DNA of 64,000 nucleotides. Source: Protoeuglena noctilucae. Lineage: Eukaryota. Shown here one piece after another: positions 12,701-23,673 of the stretch; within the stretch, counting starts at the first letter, position 1, and each line of letters begins with the position of its first letter. The DNA lies in contig OY253673.1 in assembly GCA_958009085.1 (NCBI GenBank), forward strand, positions 930,001-994,000, read 5' to 3'. The notes below the pieces were generated by a model. The model ran no database searches and had not been told where the DNA came from. It was given only the letters and a program-made list of their open reading frames with translations. A program made the translations under genes and the position numbers.

Positions 12701-14773
12701 TGGTCTCGCTGCGGACTTCGCCTTTCCACCTCCCCGCCCTTGCAGTCCACTTCCTGGTGGCCGAGCAGACGGTGGACGAGGCCACGTGGGTGCACCTCAT
12801 GCGCAGCATGTGCTGCCTGTGCCAGGTGCACGACGGGGGAGAGGGCGCCGTGGTGCAGGGAGGGGAGCCCTCCCTGGGGGAGGGAGCTCGAAAGCCACCT
12901 TCGACGGTGGAAGGGGACGCGGGGGTTTCGGATCAAACCCCGCCTGCGGAGGTGGGGCTGGCGTGGGCGGGGGATGAGGACGCTGGGTGCTCTAGCCCTA
13001 CCAAGGGTCGCTTGGTCGAGGGATTGAAGACGGAGACGACCGAAGTCGTGGGCCGCGAAGCGTGGGGTGGGTGCGGGGAGGGTGCAGGGACGAGGGGCGA
13101 GGGGGCGCTGGGGAGTGAGGAAGGCTCGCCGGTGGCTTCGACCGTTGTCGAGGGCGATGGGACTCCGGGGCGGGACGACGGCGCTTGCGAGGGTGGCGAC
13201 AGGGACCGTCACAGTGGCGACGTGGATCGTGAGTGTGGCGGCGGGGCTCGCGAGGGTGGCAATGGGGGTGCGCCCACTGGCACCGCAATTGACGTGTCTG
13301 ACGTGTCGGCGTCGGAGAGTGAGTCCGAGTCAGGGCAATGCACCCCCGAGACGGCGATGATCCGTGACTTCCTGCGCAAGCGCTGCGCGTACAAGAAGCG
13401 ACGGCAGAGCGGGGGGCGGCGACAGGGTGACGAGGGGGCGGCTGGGGTGCGCCTGCCAGGAGAGGCGGGGTCTTGCGATGGCCCAGGCGCGGGTGAGTGC
13501 GGGTCAGTGTTCTTTGAGGTCAGTCCCCACACCCGCCGCATCCACCTGCACCGCTCCCGGGACGGCGCGTGCCCCCTGGGTCTGTCGGTGCCCCTGTGCG
13601 GGGCGGGCATGCTGCGGCGGGAGGGCCCGGTGGAGGTGTTCGAGGCGCTGCAGGGGGGCGGCACGGGGGCGTGGGACCTGGGGGCGCACTACGGCATCGA
13701 GGCTGCGGCGGCCGTGGGGGCCATGAGCGAGGCCGAGGCACGCGCGGCGGCCGAGGCCACGGGGCGGTTCGTGCGCGAGTGGTGCGAGATGTCCGCCATG
13801 GCGCGGCACAAGCTGCTGGGGCGCGTGCTGTCCGCGGACGTCCAGTCGGAGGGGGCGGGGGAGGGGGGCGCGCCGGCCGGGGAGGGCGCGGGGGGCAGCC
13901 GGCAGCGGGTGGGTCAGGCGGCGGCGGTGACGGGGCAGGGGATGCCCGCCGAGGCGCAGAGGCGGGTGGTCGCGGTGGCGGGGACGCGAGGGGCCGTGCG
14001 GGAGTGGACCGTGGGCGTGCTCCCGGGCCCCGACGGGCCCCATCGCCTGTGCATCATGTGCTGGGCGCCGTGCGGGTCAGCCGACGCACGCGCGGGGCCC
14101 ATCCCCTTCGCGGCGCTCTTTTGCGCGGCGCCCTGCCACGCCCGCTACGTGGCGGCGTGCACGTCGGGGGGCCTGCGCCGGCAGCTGGCCCGGGTGGAGC
14201 GGGGGGTGTGCCAGGCGTGCGGGCTCGACACGCGCGCGCTGTGCCTCGAGCTGCAGTCGGTGCGCCGTGGGTCCCCCGACTTCGCCCGCCTGCGCGAGGC
14301 CATCCTCCGCCGCCGCGCCCCTCGCTTCTTCGAGCGGGGCATGAAGGCCTACCGCGACCGGCTGCTGCACTGCGCCCAGGTGAGCGCAGGCGGGGATGGG
14401 CGCAGACGCAGGGGTGAGCACAGACGAGGGTGAGCGCAGGTTGGTGAGCACAGATGGGGGTGCGTGGGATACGCGCCCCTTGCTCGCCAGCACGCCTTCT
14501 CGTGCCGGTCGCTGAGCTTGCTTCACATCCCGGGTTCCGCAGGAGGGCTTTGCGTGGAACGCTGACCACATCGTGCCCGTCTTCCGCGGCGGCGGCGAGT
14601 GCGCGGTCGACAACATGCGGACCCTCTGCGTGCCGTGCCACGCGGACGTCACGCGGCGGCAGGCGGGGGAGCGGGCGCGGGAGGCGCGGGCCGCGCGTCC
14701 CCGCGGGCAGCCCACCCTCCGCGAGTTCCTGAGCCAGGCCGAGGAGCCGGAGGGGCCAGCCACACTCGCTTAA
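9745..14773 (+). CDS. ZRANB3: ZRANB3/SMARCAL1-like SNF2 annealing helicase with C-terminal HNH endonuclease domain
   Basis: LLPFQVDAVRF, GGRVLLADEMGVGKSVQA, VIADESH, LLSGTPSLSKPFDLF, MIRRLKAEVLSQLP, IRIDGST, QAEGRAHRRG, ERGVCQACGLD and WNADHIVPVFRGGGECAVDNMRTLCVPCHADVT; true start lies upstream of the acceptor at 9744. Confidence 0.88.
14380..14453 (+). repeat. Four copies of GTGAGCRCAG at the 5' end of the last ZRANB3 intron
   Basis: Copies at 14380, 14414, 14430 and 14444. Confidence 0.8.
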
Positions 14774-14940
14774 ACAACCACCATCTGCATGGGTACGACT
14801 GCTACTCTTGCACAGGCACGGCGGGCTGGGCGCTAGTTGAAGATGCCAGTAGCGTGCATCGTCCGTTAGAAGCTGGCGCAGACTGGAACGTGGAAGGTGC
14901 ATGCGGCGACTGGGATGCCACACGCATAAGGGCCGCCGGC

Positions 14941-16444
14941 TCATGGGGCGGGGTCAACCTTCACGGGCGCGTCGCCCCGCACCGCCATGGCCAGCTGGTA
15001 GGGTTCGGGCATGAAGTTGCCCTCCCGTAGCAGCACCACGGCTGCCTTGACGTCCTGCACCATGCGGAAGAGCTCGTAGGCGTCCACGGGCACCGGCTCC
15101 AATCCCTCCTCGCCCTCCTCCGCGGCAAGGGCGGAGAAGCGCTCCGCGTCTGCCAGGGACTCGAACGCCACCACGCCGTCCACAATCCGGGAGACGGACA
15201 GCCGGCTGGGCTCGCCGGGCTTGGGGGGGCAAGCGCGCGTGGGGTTGGAAGACGCCCGAGCCGGGGCTCAGAGAAGCTCGCCCGTCCCAGAGCCCCGCAA
15301 GAGCAGCGGCACTCCATAAGAGGCACGAGAGGTGTGACATTTGGCGACTCGCCACGCGCCCACCTTGCTGAGGCCCAGGATGCGTGCCAGCTCCTCCTCC
15401 GTGTCAGAGGCAGGCAGGCGCGTGCGCAGGTAGTAGGCCCTGCCCATGTCGCTGTCCGCCTGGCGCGCGCCCAGCGTCAGCAGCGTCTTGGACGGCACGA
15501 ACGGGCACCCCGTCAACACCTCGTACGACGCATGGACGCGATCCCACAGCTGCCGCTGGGACCTGCGGGTACGCAGACTGACAGGAGCGTCGCCAAGGCC
15601 GCAGCACGGCGTCACACGGCGCGCGTGACCGCTGCATGTCTCCTTAACAGCCGCCTCACCGCTGGAACTCCTCGCTCTGAAGGAAGCCCAGGAAGCTCTC
15701 GGGGGACGCCATCGCATCGGGCGCAAGTGCGCTCCCCGCCCCGGCCTTCGCCGCACCCGCCTTCGCCGCGCCCCCTGGCAACGTTCCCCTGTGTCCCGAG
15801 CTCTTGAACCTCTGCCGCTGCATCTCCAGGTCCTCCATCCACGCCGCCAGCACGTCGCCGCGGACGTCACACAGCCCCTCCTCCAAAATGAAGTGCGCGG
15901 GGATCTCCCCGTTCTGCGCGCAGCGCCGTGGAAACGATGGCATTTCGGCGGTCGATGCCCCACGCTCCAAATCGCGCATCCGCCACCCCTGCGCCCCCCC
16001 CGCACCTCATGCAGCGCCGCACACGCGGGCCCGTCCTTTCCAGAGGCGTAGCCCCCCTCCGCCTCGCCATCCGAGCACGGGTATCTGCGTAGGAGGCGCG
16101 GTGGACGAGGGCTGGGGACTTGTGGGGACTTGCGAGCCCATCGAGAGCCACCCACGCTGCAAAGGCGCAGAAACGAGCTCCCCCGCGGTCGCCGCTCACC
16201 GAATCCTCCGCTCCGTCCCGTTCGGATACCGAAGGATCCTCACGTTCTCTAAACTCCCGGCGGTCGCTGCGCGCACGCCGTGCCATCGAATTCAGGAACA
16301 GTTAGGGGCGAGCGCCCGCCGCAGCGTCCCCAGCGCACAGCTACCGATGCCTCGCCGATCAAGGACCGAGAAAGACGATGCCGAGGCGCATCCTCGCGGA
16401 CCGATACCGGCGCACGCGAGCGGGGCACGCCCTCCCACAGCCAT
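14941..16444 (-). CDS. Conserved hypothetical protein with DUF3110-like C-terminus
   Basis: Spliced exons ENVRILRYPNGTERRIRYPC, NGEIPAHFILEEGL and DGVVAFESLADAERFSALAAEEG...VDAYELFRMV, resembling the cyanobacterial/plant DUF3110 pattern (FEsedDAxRy); start inferred. Confidence 0.5.
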
Positions 16445-17096
16445 GCGTGTCCGGGCGGCCCGCGAGGGTGGCCAGAACTGCCCCGCCCGGCCCCGTCAGG
16501 GCCCGTGGCGAGCAAAGACTGGCGCAATGTGCCCGAGCAGCTGCGGCGCCCGGCGCACGACCCGGTTTCTGGGTGCCAAGCGTGCGCACCTGGGGCACGG
16601 ACGTAGGACCCCCGCGGCGTGATATAGCCGCGGTCGGCACCCGCGACAGGCGCATAGGATCGCCACCATGCGCCTCCCTTGATCGCGACGGCGGAGGGAC
16701 GGAACGCGCGGAGTTTCGGAGGTTTTGAAAGGTAGCAGGGCACGGGGGCCGCGCGCGGGATCCTCGCGGCAGCCGAGCAGCTGCACGGAAACATTGCTGC
16801 GGCAACACGCTCCCGGGAACCCAGCGCGGGAGCTCCTGTGAGCTTCGTGCCGAAATTACTTCCCCCAGGCCGTGGTAGCGCGCGTGGGGGGTACAAGAAG
16901 GAAACGCGACTGCACGAAGCGCCTGCAAACGTCGCCTCGTCGCTCCTTCGCGCGGGGTGTCACTGGAGCACGGTTCTGACGTCAGAATTTGCCACTTTAA
17001 GGGCCGCGAGTCCGCGCCGCCCCCTCCCTGCATTGCCCTGTGGAAGCAGAGGGCGAATTGGAGCTCCGCTCGTTGTTGGAGGACGGATCCGCAGCC

Positions 17097-19360
17097 ATGG
17101 CTATGGAAACCTTTCTCTTCACCTCCGAGGCGAGGCCCTGCGGTCGCTCTCACCTGCTGCAGCTTCCGTGCAATCCTCTTACGAGCACGGGATGACCGAC
17201 CGCCCCTCTCGCCCCCCGCACGCAGTCGGTGAACGTGAGTCCTGGGCCGGCGATCACGGATGATCCTGCGCCCCTTGCGCAATCCCATCTCACAGATGCG
17301 AGTGTTTCCGTTGCCGATGCCTGGGAGCCGGGGCCCCGCGGGGGCCCGATGCGCGCGGCGGCCGGCCCCAGGCCTGCCCAACCAGCGGCTGTCCTGCCGC
17401 GCTGCGTCCCGCCGAGCGCGCCCACCAGATCCCCTCGCCGTGCGGTGCGGTGCCGTTTTTCGCTGATATTGATCCCCACCGATGCGCCGGCACCCCGCGA
17501 GCCCCGCCAGACTCGAGGCCCCGAGGAGGCCTCGGGAGACGGCGGCATCGCGGCGCCCCCCGGCCATCGCACGGCCGCCCTGGTTTCCGTTTTCGCTTGA
17601 GCCTCGCGAGATCTCCCCGGAGATGCCCCGCCCGATCGGGGATCGGCGCGCCAAATGGATTTCTGGGGCCCGCGGCGAGAGCGTGCCGCTCGCGCCGTTC
17701 CAGCGCCCGCGCGCGCGCTGTCCCTCTCTCGTGCGTGTTTAGGGTCCGATCGTCGACGGTCCTGCGCCGCGCTGTGCCGCTGGGGGGCCACCCCGCGGCC
17801 TGCCATGGCGCGTGTCCTGCCGCCGGGGCGAGCGCGGGGATCGGCGGGGCGCGTCGGGCTTTCGTCTCTCGCATCGGACGGAGATCGAAAGTTGCGTCGT
17901 TGGGTAAACAGCCTGCCCTCGCCCCGGCCGGCCCGCAGGAGGGGCACCCCGACAAGCTCTGCGACCAGGTGTCCGATGCGATCCTGGACGCGTGCCTGGC
18001 GGAGGACCCCGACTCCAAGGTGGCGTGCGAGACGGCCACCAAGACCAACATGGTGATGGTCTTCGGAGAGATCACGACCAAGGCCAAGGTGGGGGCGCGG
18101 GCCCGGCCGCGCTGAGGCACGCTGGGCTGGCCGCCGCACAGCGGCTTCGCGACGCGTCACGTCGTTCTGCCTCCCCCGCCCAGGTCGACTACGAGGCCAT
18201 CGTGCGCAAGGTGTGCAGCGACATCGGCTTCACCTCGGCGGACGTGGGCCTGGACGCGGACAAGTGCAAGGTGCTGGTGCACATCGAGGAGCAGTCGCCT
18301 GACATCGGGCAGGGCGTGCACGGCATGGGGACCAAGACCCTCGAGGAGATCGGCGCCGGTGACCAGGGCCACATGTTCGGGTACGCGACGGACGAGACGC
18401 CCGAGCTCATGCCCCTGACGCACGTCCTGGCCACCCAGCTGGGGTACAAGCTCACGGAGGCGAGGCTGCGGGGCTGCGGGGCTGAGGTTGCGTTGCTTGT
18501 CAGGCCGCCGGGTCCAGCCGCTCACGTCGGGCAGCGCCCTCGCCCGCAGGTGCGCAAGAACGGCACGTGCCCGTGGCTGCGCCCCGACGGCAAGACGCAG
18601 GTCACGGTCGAGTACAAGCGCGATGGCAACGTGATCTCGCCGGTGCGCGTGCACACGATCCTGATCTCGACCCAGCACAACCCCGACGTGACGAACGAGA
18701 AGATCCGCGCCGACATCATGGAGCACGTCATCAAGGCGGTCGTGCCGGCCAAGTACCTGGACGACAAGACCATCTACCACATCAACCCCTCCGGCCGGTT
18801 CGTGATCGGTGGGCCCCACGGGGACGCGGGCCTCACGGGCCGCAAGATCATCATCGACACGTACGGGGGGTGGGGCGCCCACGGCGGCGGGGCCTTCTCC
18901 GGCAAGGACCCGACCAAGGTGGACCGCTCGGGCGCCTACATCGCGCGCCAGGCGGCCAAGTCGGTCGTGGCGGCGGGCCTGGCCAAGCGCGCGCTCGTGC
19001 AGGTGTCGTACGCCATCGGTGTCCCGGAGCCCCTCTCGGTCCACGTGGACACCTACGGCACGGGCAGCGTGCCCGACAAGGACATCCTGGTGGCAATCAA
19101 GAAGGCCTTTGACTTCAGGCGAGGGAGGGGATGGACACGACGGGCAGAGACGCGGCCACACCACCGCGACCCTGCCACCGTGGCCTTGTGTTGGCGCCGT
19201 GACCCGAGCGCCGCCGCTCCTCCGCCCCCGCAGGCCCGGCCTCATCGCCCGCGACCTGGACCTCAAGCGCCCCCGGTACCAGAAGACGGCGGCGTACGGT
19301 CACTTTGGCCGCGACGACCCCGACTTCACGTGGGAGAAGGTCCGCGCCCTCAGCGCCTGA
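17097..19360 (+). CDS. METK: S-adenosylmethionine synthetase; exons 17097-17129, 17226-17234, 17939-18088, 18184-18459, 18550-19118, 19234-19360
   Basis: [107 protein letters not shown]. Confidence 0.97.
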
Positions 19361-19600
19361 GACCGGGGACCCGCAGCAGCGCGGACGCCGGTCCATCTAG
19401 GCCGAGGCTCCGCACGTGCTAGGCGCACGGTGCCGCTCACGAGTTGCTGATGCCGTGTTGCGCCGTGCATGCCGGCCAGCTGCCTTGAAGTGTTCGGCAG
19501 ACTCCTTTGCCAGCTGGCTCCATTGCCTTCAAGCAAGCGCCTTGCCGGCAGTCGCCAGCAATGACAGGAGCAACACAAGCTCGTGGTGGTTGGCATCGTG

Positions 19601-21809
19601 TCACGTGCGCGGGGTAATCGTGAGTGCCTCGGGGCCTGGGCTCGGCTTCCCGGGGGAGGGCGTCGCGGGCCCCTCTCCCATCCGCAGCTTCTCCAAATCC
19701 TGAGAAATCCAGGGAGGGCAGGACGTCTGTCGCAGGCACAAGAGCGGCACTCAGCACTCCATGCGCCACCACTCCGCGACCTCCGCTCGCCCTCACCCGG
19801 CTAAGGCGGTAGTACTCGTTGGGGTGCCGCGCCCCGTCGCAGGTGTTCCTCTCGCAGCCGTTCTTCCCCTCGAACGTCATGCCGCAGGCAATTTGTGCGT
19901 GCCCCTCGGCTGCCTTGGCCACGATCTCCGGCACGCGTGCGGCTGGCACCCCGTACCTTGTCAGGAGGCCGGAGAGGGCGTCACGCGCCATCCACCGGAA
20001 GGGGCAGCCTTGCATCTCCCCCGCCGCCTCGTTCGGAAGCTCCGGGATGACCTGCGGGGCCAGGCGGGGCAGCCCAAGAGATGCGGTCGCCAAGCCACGG
20101 TGTGCTGGCCGTCACGCTCAGCGGGGTCGATGCCACGAGGTGTATGCATGGGCCACGCAAACGGCCCGCTCCCATCCCCTCCTCACCGTCATGCACGACA
20201 GCGGGGTGTAGTCGGCTCGCTTCCCCTCCTTCCCGTAGCTGTGCCGGATGTTGTATGCGTACTGCTTGTCAAACGCCTCGCCCGTGCACTTGGGGCTGAA
20301 CTCCTGGCGCCAGAACGCCAGCGCTTGCTCCAGTGGCAAACCGATGCCTTTGAGGAACAGCCCGAGTTGCCGCCGGCCTTGGTGCTGCGGGGGCGAGAAG
20401 CCAGCGCCAGACAGTGAGCCCCGCTGTGGGCGCGCCGTGTGGGTGAGGATGCGCCGCACGCCGCAGCACCTTGAGGTGCCGGTTGCGGTGGAGGTGGTCG
20501 TACATGTTGAACATGCACAGAGGGAAGTGCTGGTGCGCCAGGGCCGGAATGGCGTGCACCGTCACGTCCTCGTCCCGCATGGCGCTCGTGTAGTCGGCAC
20601 CGGCCCCGAACCGCAGCTTGGGCAGCGACTGGATGATCGGCACAAGCCTCTCCTTCTCGTCCTCTTCGTTGAACGAGCCCCACCGACGCCCGATCTGGCT
20701 CAAGCTCTTGGACAGCTCCGACCTGCGAGCAAGAGGGAAGCCACCACGCGTCCTTCCCTGCCGGCCGCACTGCGCTGTCTGTCCAGCACTCGTGCAGCTG
20801 CCGTCACCTAAACTTGGACGCAAGCACCGCGACCAGCTGGTCCCACGACAGGAAGGCCACCCCACCCCGCACCAGCACCTCTCGCCGTGCCACCAGCTCC
20901 GGCACTAGGTAGAACGGAATCTTGTAGAAGAGCGCGCGGGAAGCCTCATCGTCCCTGCGAGCAAGCGCGCCCCTGGTCACCGCGCCGCAACACCGACGTC
21001 AACAGTGCTCAGCGGTCCACGGCATCCCACGCGCGCACCCAATGGACAGCTTGCGCGCCTCCTCCTCCATCCTCCGCGCACGCATGACGAGCAGGAGGTC
21101 CCCCTTGACCTGCGCGTACTCGCCACGCGTCAGCGGCTCGCAGTCGTCGCCCACACTTGCCAGGATCCCTGCCGCCACGTGGTTGCGCCCGTCCAGCCGG
21201 CACTTGAACAGCTCCACCTCTTGCCGCAGCAGCCACTGCCGGTCGTCCTCCGTCCGCGAAAAGGCCAGCCGCAGCACGTAATGCGACACCCGGTCCTTTG
21301 CCTCATCGTCCCTGCAGAAGCACAACACCATCGCCCTCACACACCGTGGCCCGGCCCGGGAGAGCGCGGCCCTACACGGCGTCCACAGCTAATCCCCGCG
21401 CACCCGATATGGGTTTTGAACTTGTCCAGCCCCTCCCTGACAATCTCCTCCCGCTTGGCGCCCCGGGTACGAAGGTCCTCCAGCGCCCGCAGCACCTCCA
21501 GGCGGTCGCGGGCGAAGCGGTCGAACTCCTCGAGGCTTATGTCACCCTGGGGGGGCTCCAGGTACATGTACCGGGACGCCGCCTCCCGCGCGCCCGCGTC
21601 GGACGGGGGCCCCGCGCGGGGCCTGCGTGCACGACGCGTGTGCAGCCGACGCGATGGATGTGGCGTGCCCGCTTGCGATGCACGCGAACGACATAAGCTC
21701 CATCCAATCACAGGCAAGCAATTCCGGGCCGGCGGGCGTCGGTGGCGCGGCGAAGGCGTTTTGAAAACGCTTGCGCGCCTCCTCACCCCCCCGCCTGTTG
21801 GAAGCCCAT
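19601..21809 (-). CDS. PRIM2: DNA primase large subunit
   Basis: [103 protein letters not shown] (Fe-S Cys ligands present). Confidence 0.95.
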
Positions 21810-22250
21810 GGAGGTCTGTCAGCCCCACCCCCTCGTTACTGAGCCGAGCGACGAGCGCTTCGCCACTACGAAACTACGTCGCGGGGAAAACGCGCCTCGC
21901 TGGAACGCTTCCCTTCCAGCTGCCACTTCTGGCGTGCTTGTCACTCTAAATGCTAGGCGACGAACAGGGAATGAAGCTTGGCTCGTTGCGAGTGTGGCGG
22001 GCAGCGCGTGGCGGCTGCCTTCACTCGACGTGGCGCCAAGGAGGGCGCGTCCTGGCGCCTGACAGAGAAGGGCGGGAACGCCGACGGCAGGCTCTTGGGT
22101 CACCTTTCGCCCGCCAATCCATCGAGAACTTTGAAGTGGGCGTTTCTGCAGGATCCGCCACCCACTTCATCCCCGCCAGCAGCCGATCTTGCGCCAGCAG
22201 GCTGGGAGTTCCACGCCTTGAAGCCTGAAGAGCCCGGGCGAGGTGGTTCC

Positions 22251-23267
22251 ATGGCGGACGCAGCGCAAGAGGTCAGCGAGGGAGCTGGAGCTGGCACCCG
22301 GCCCAAACCGGATGCCGATGCCGTGCCGGACAGCCCAGGTGAGCATCGAGTCCTTGGCGGTGCAATCGTTCACCACTCGCGTTTGGATGATGCAGATGGC
22401 TTGTAGGCAGTGGTAACGGTCGAATTAAGCGCATGGGCATCGAAAATCGGCGTCACCCTGCGCGCCGCAGAGGCCCGGGGCCAGGGCAGCGGCAAGGCGC
22501 GTCAGGGGAAAGCCGATGAGAACTGGACGATCCCCAAGGCCAACATCAAGCGGATCGTGAGCGCCAAGCTCGCCGAAGTGCAGGGAGAGAAGAAATTCCA
22601 GGTCTGTTGGCGCCGGTGAATCCATGCCGCGCCCGATGGTGGTCGTGGCAGACGCGGTGGCAGGATGAGCTGATAGTCCCTATCTTGCAGGTCAGCAAGG
22701 AGGCTCTCTTGGCGTTCGGGGAGGTCACCATGACGTTCATCAGCTACGTGATGGCCGTGGCCAACGAGGTGCTGAAGAGCAAGGGCAAGCGACAGACCGT
22801 GCAGCCGGAGGAGGTGCTGGACGTGAGTGCGCGGAATCTGGCGATTATCAGCTGCTAGCTGGCATCTAAGTGCAGGCGAGACGAGGGAGTGCCTCAGTCC
22901 CGTACAGGCCATTGACATGATCGAGATGGGGGAGTTCCGGGCCGAGCTCGAGTCGAGCCTGGCGTCCTTCAACGAGCAGAAGGCTGAGAAGGCGGACGCG
23001 GCAAAGAAGCGCAAGGCGGCGGCCCAGGTGGGTGCATATCCCATGCAGCGGCGGGGCGTGCAGGAGGGTCGATGTAGATGCGTGGAGTGGTGCCACGGCT
23101 AACGTGCTCATGTCGCATCTATGCAGGCTCGCTCTCCCTCCAAGCACACGAGGGCAGAGACGGGAGAGGGCGCTGGGGAAGATGCGGAGGACGAGGGGGA
23201 TGAGGAGGGGGGTGGGGATGAGGAGGAGGGGAAGGGTGGTGCTGACGACGAGGGCGCAGACGATTAG
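22251..23267 (+). CDS. POLE3: Histone-fold protein, DNA polymerase epsilon subunit 3 / DPB4 / CHRAC17-like, with acidic tail
   Basis: TIPKANIKRIVSAKL...VSKEALLAFGEVTMTFISYVMAVANEV...KRQTVQPEEVLDAIDMIEMGEF followed by an E/D-rich tail; NF-YB-like fold. Confidence 0.75.
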
Positions 23268-23673
23268 AGCGAGCTGTTTCCAGGCATTGCGTATCATGCA
23301 CGAGATTGGCACTATGAAGCACGGTGCAGGCTTTGTCCGTGGAGAAAGAGATTGTCCTGCCATTCAAGCGCGGGCCATGCGTGTAACGTTGTGTTTCTGG
23401 CTGCATCAGCGAAGCGGGGTGACCTAGCTCCCGTTCCATAGCTGCGTATTCAACGACAACTCTGCCCTGCGTGCTCCACACGCTACTTGCGCGCAGCAGT
23501 CTCCGTCGCATCTGAAGAGCTCTTTCGCTCCCTGTGGAGCGTGCCGCCACTCGATATACCCGCTGAAGGACAGTACGTCGCCTGTTCGTAACAGGAGCGC
23601 CGCAGTCGTGGGCAAGGCGGCAGCCGGGGGCTTACCTTGACTGGGGGGCTTCGCGCCCCCCGCGGGTGGGAGG

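Noticed and set aside
14543..14680. HNH motif as a homing endonuclease or mobile element
   Set aside because: It is the normal spliced C-terminal domain of the ZRANB3-type helicase.
23382..23386. TGTAA chlorophyte poly(A) signal downstream of POLE3
   Set aside because: It is not consistently present after other genes here, so a single occurrence is not supportable.
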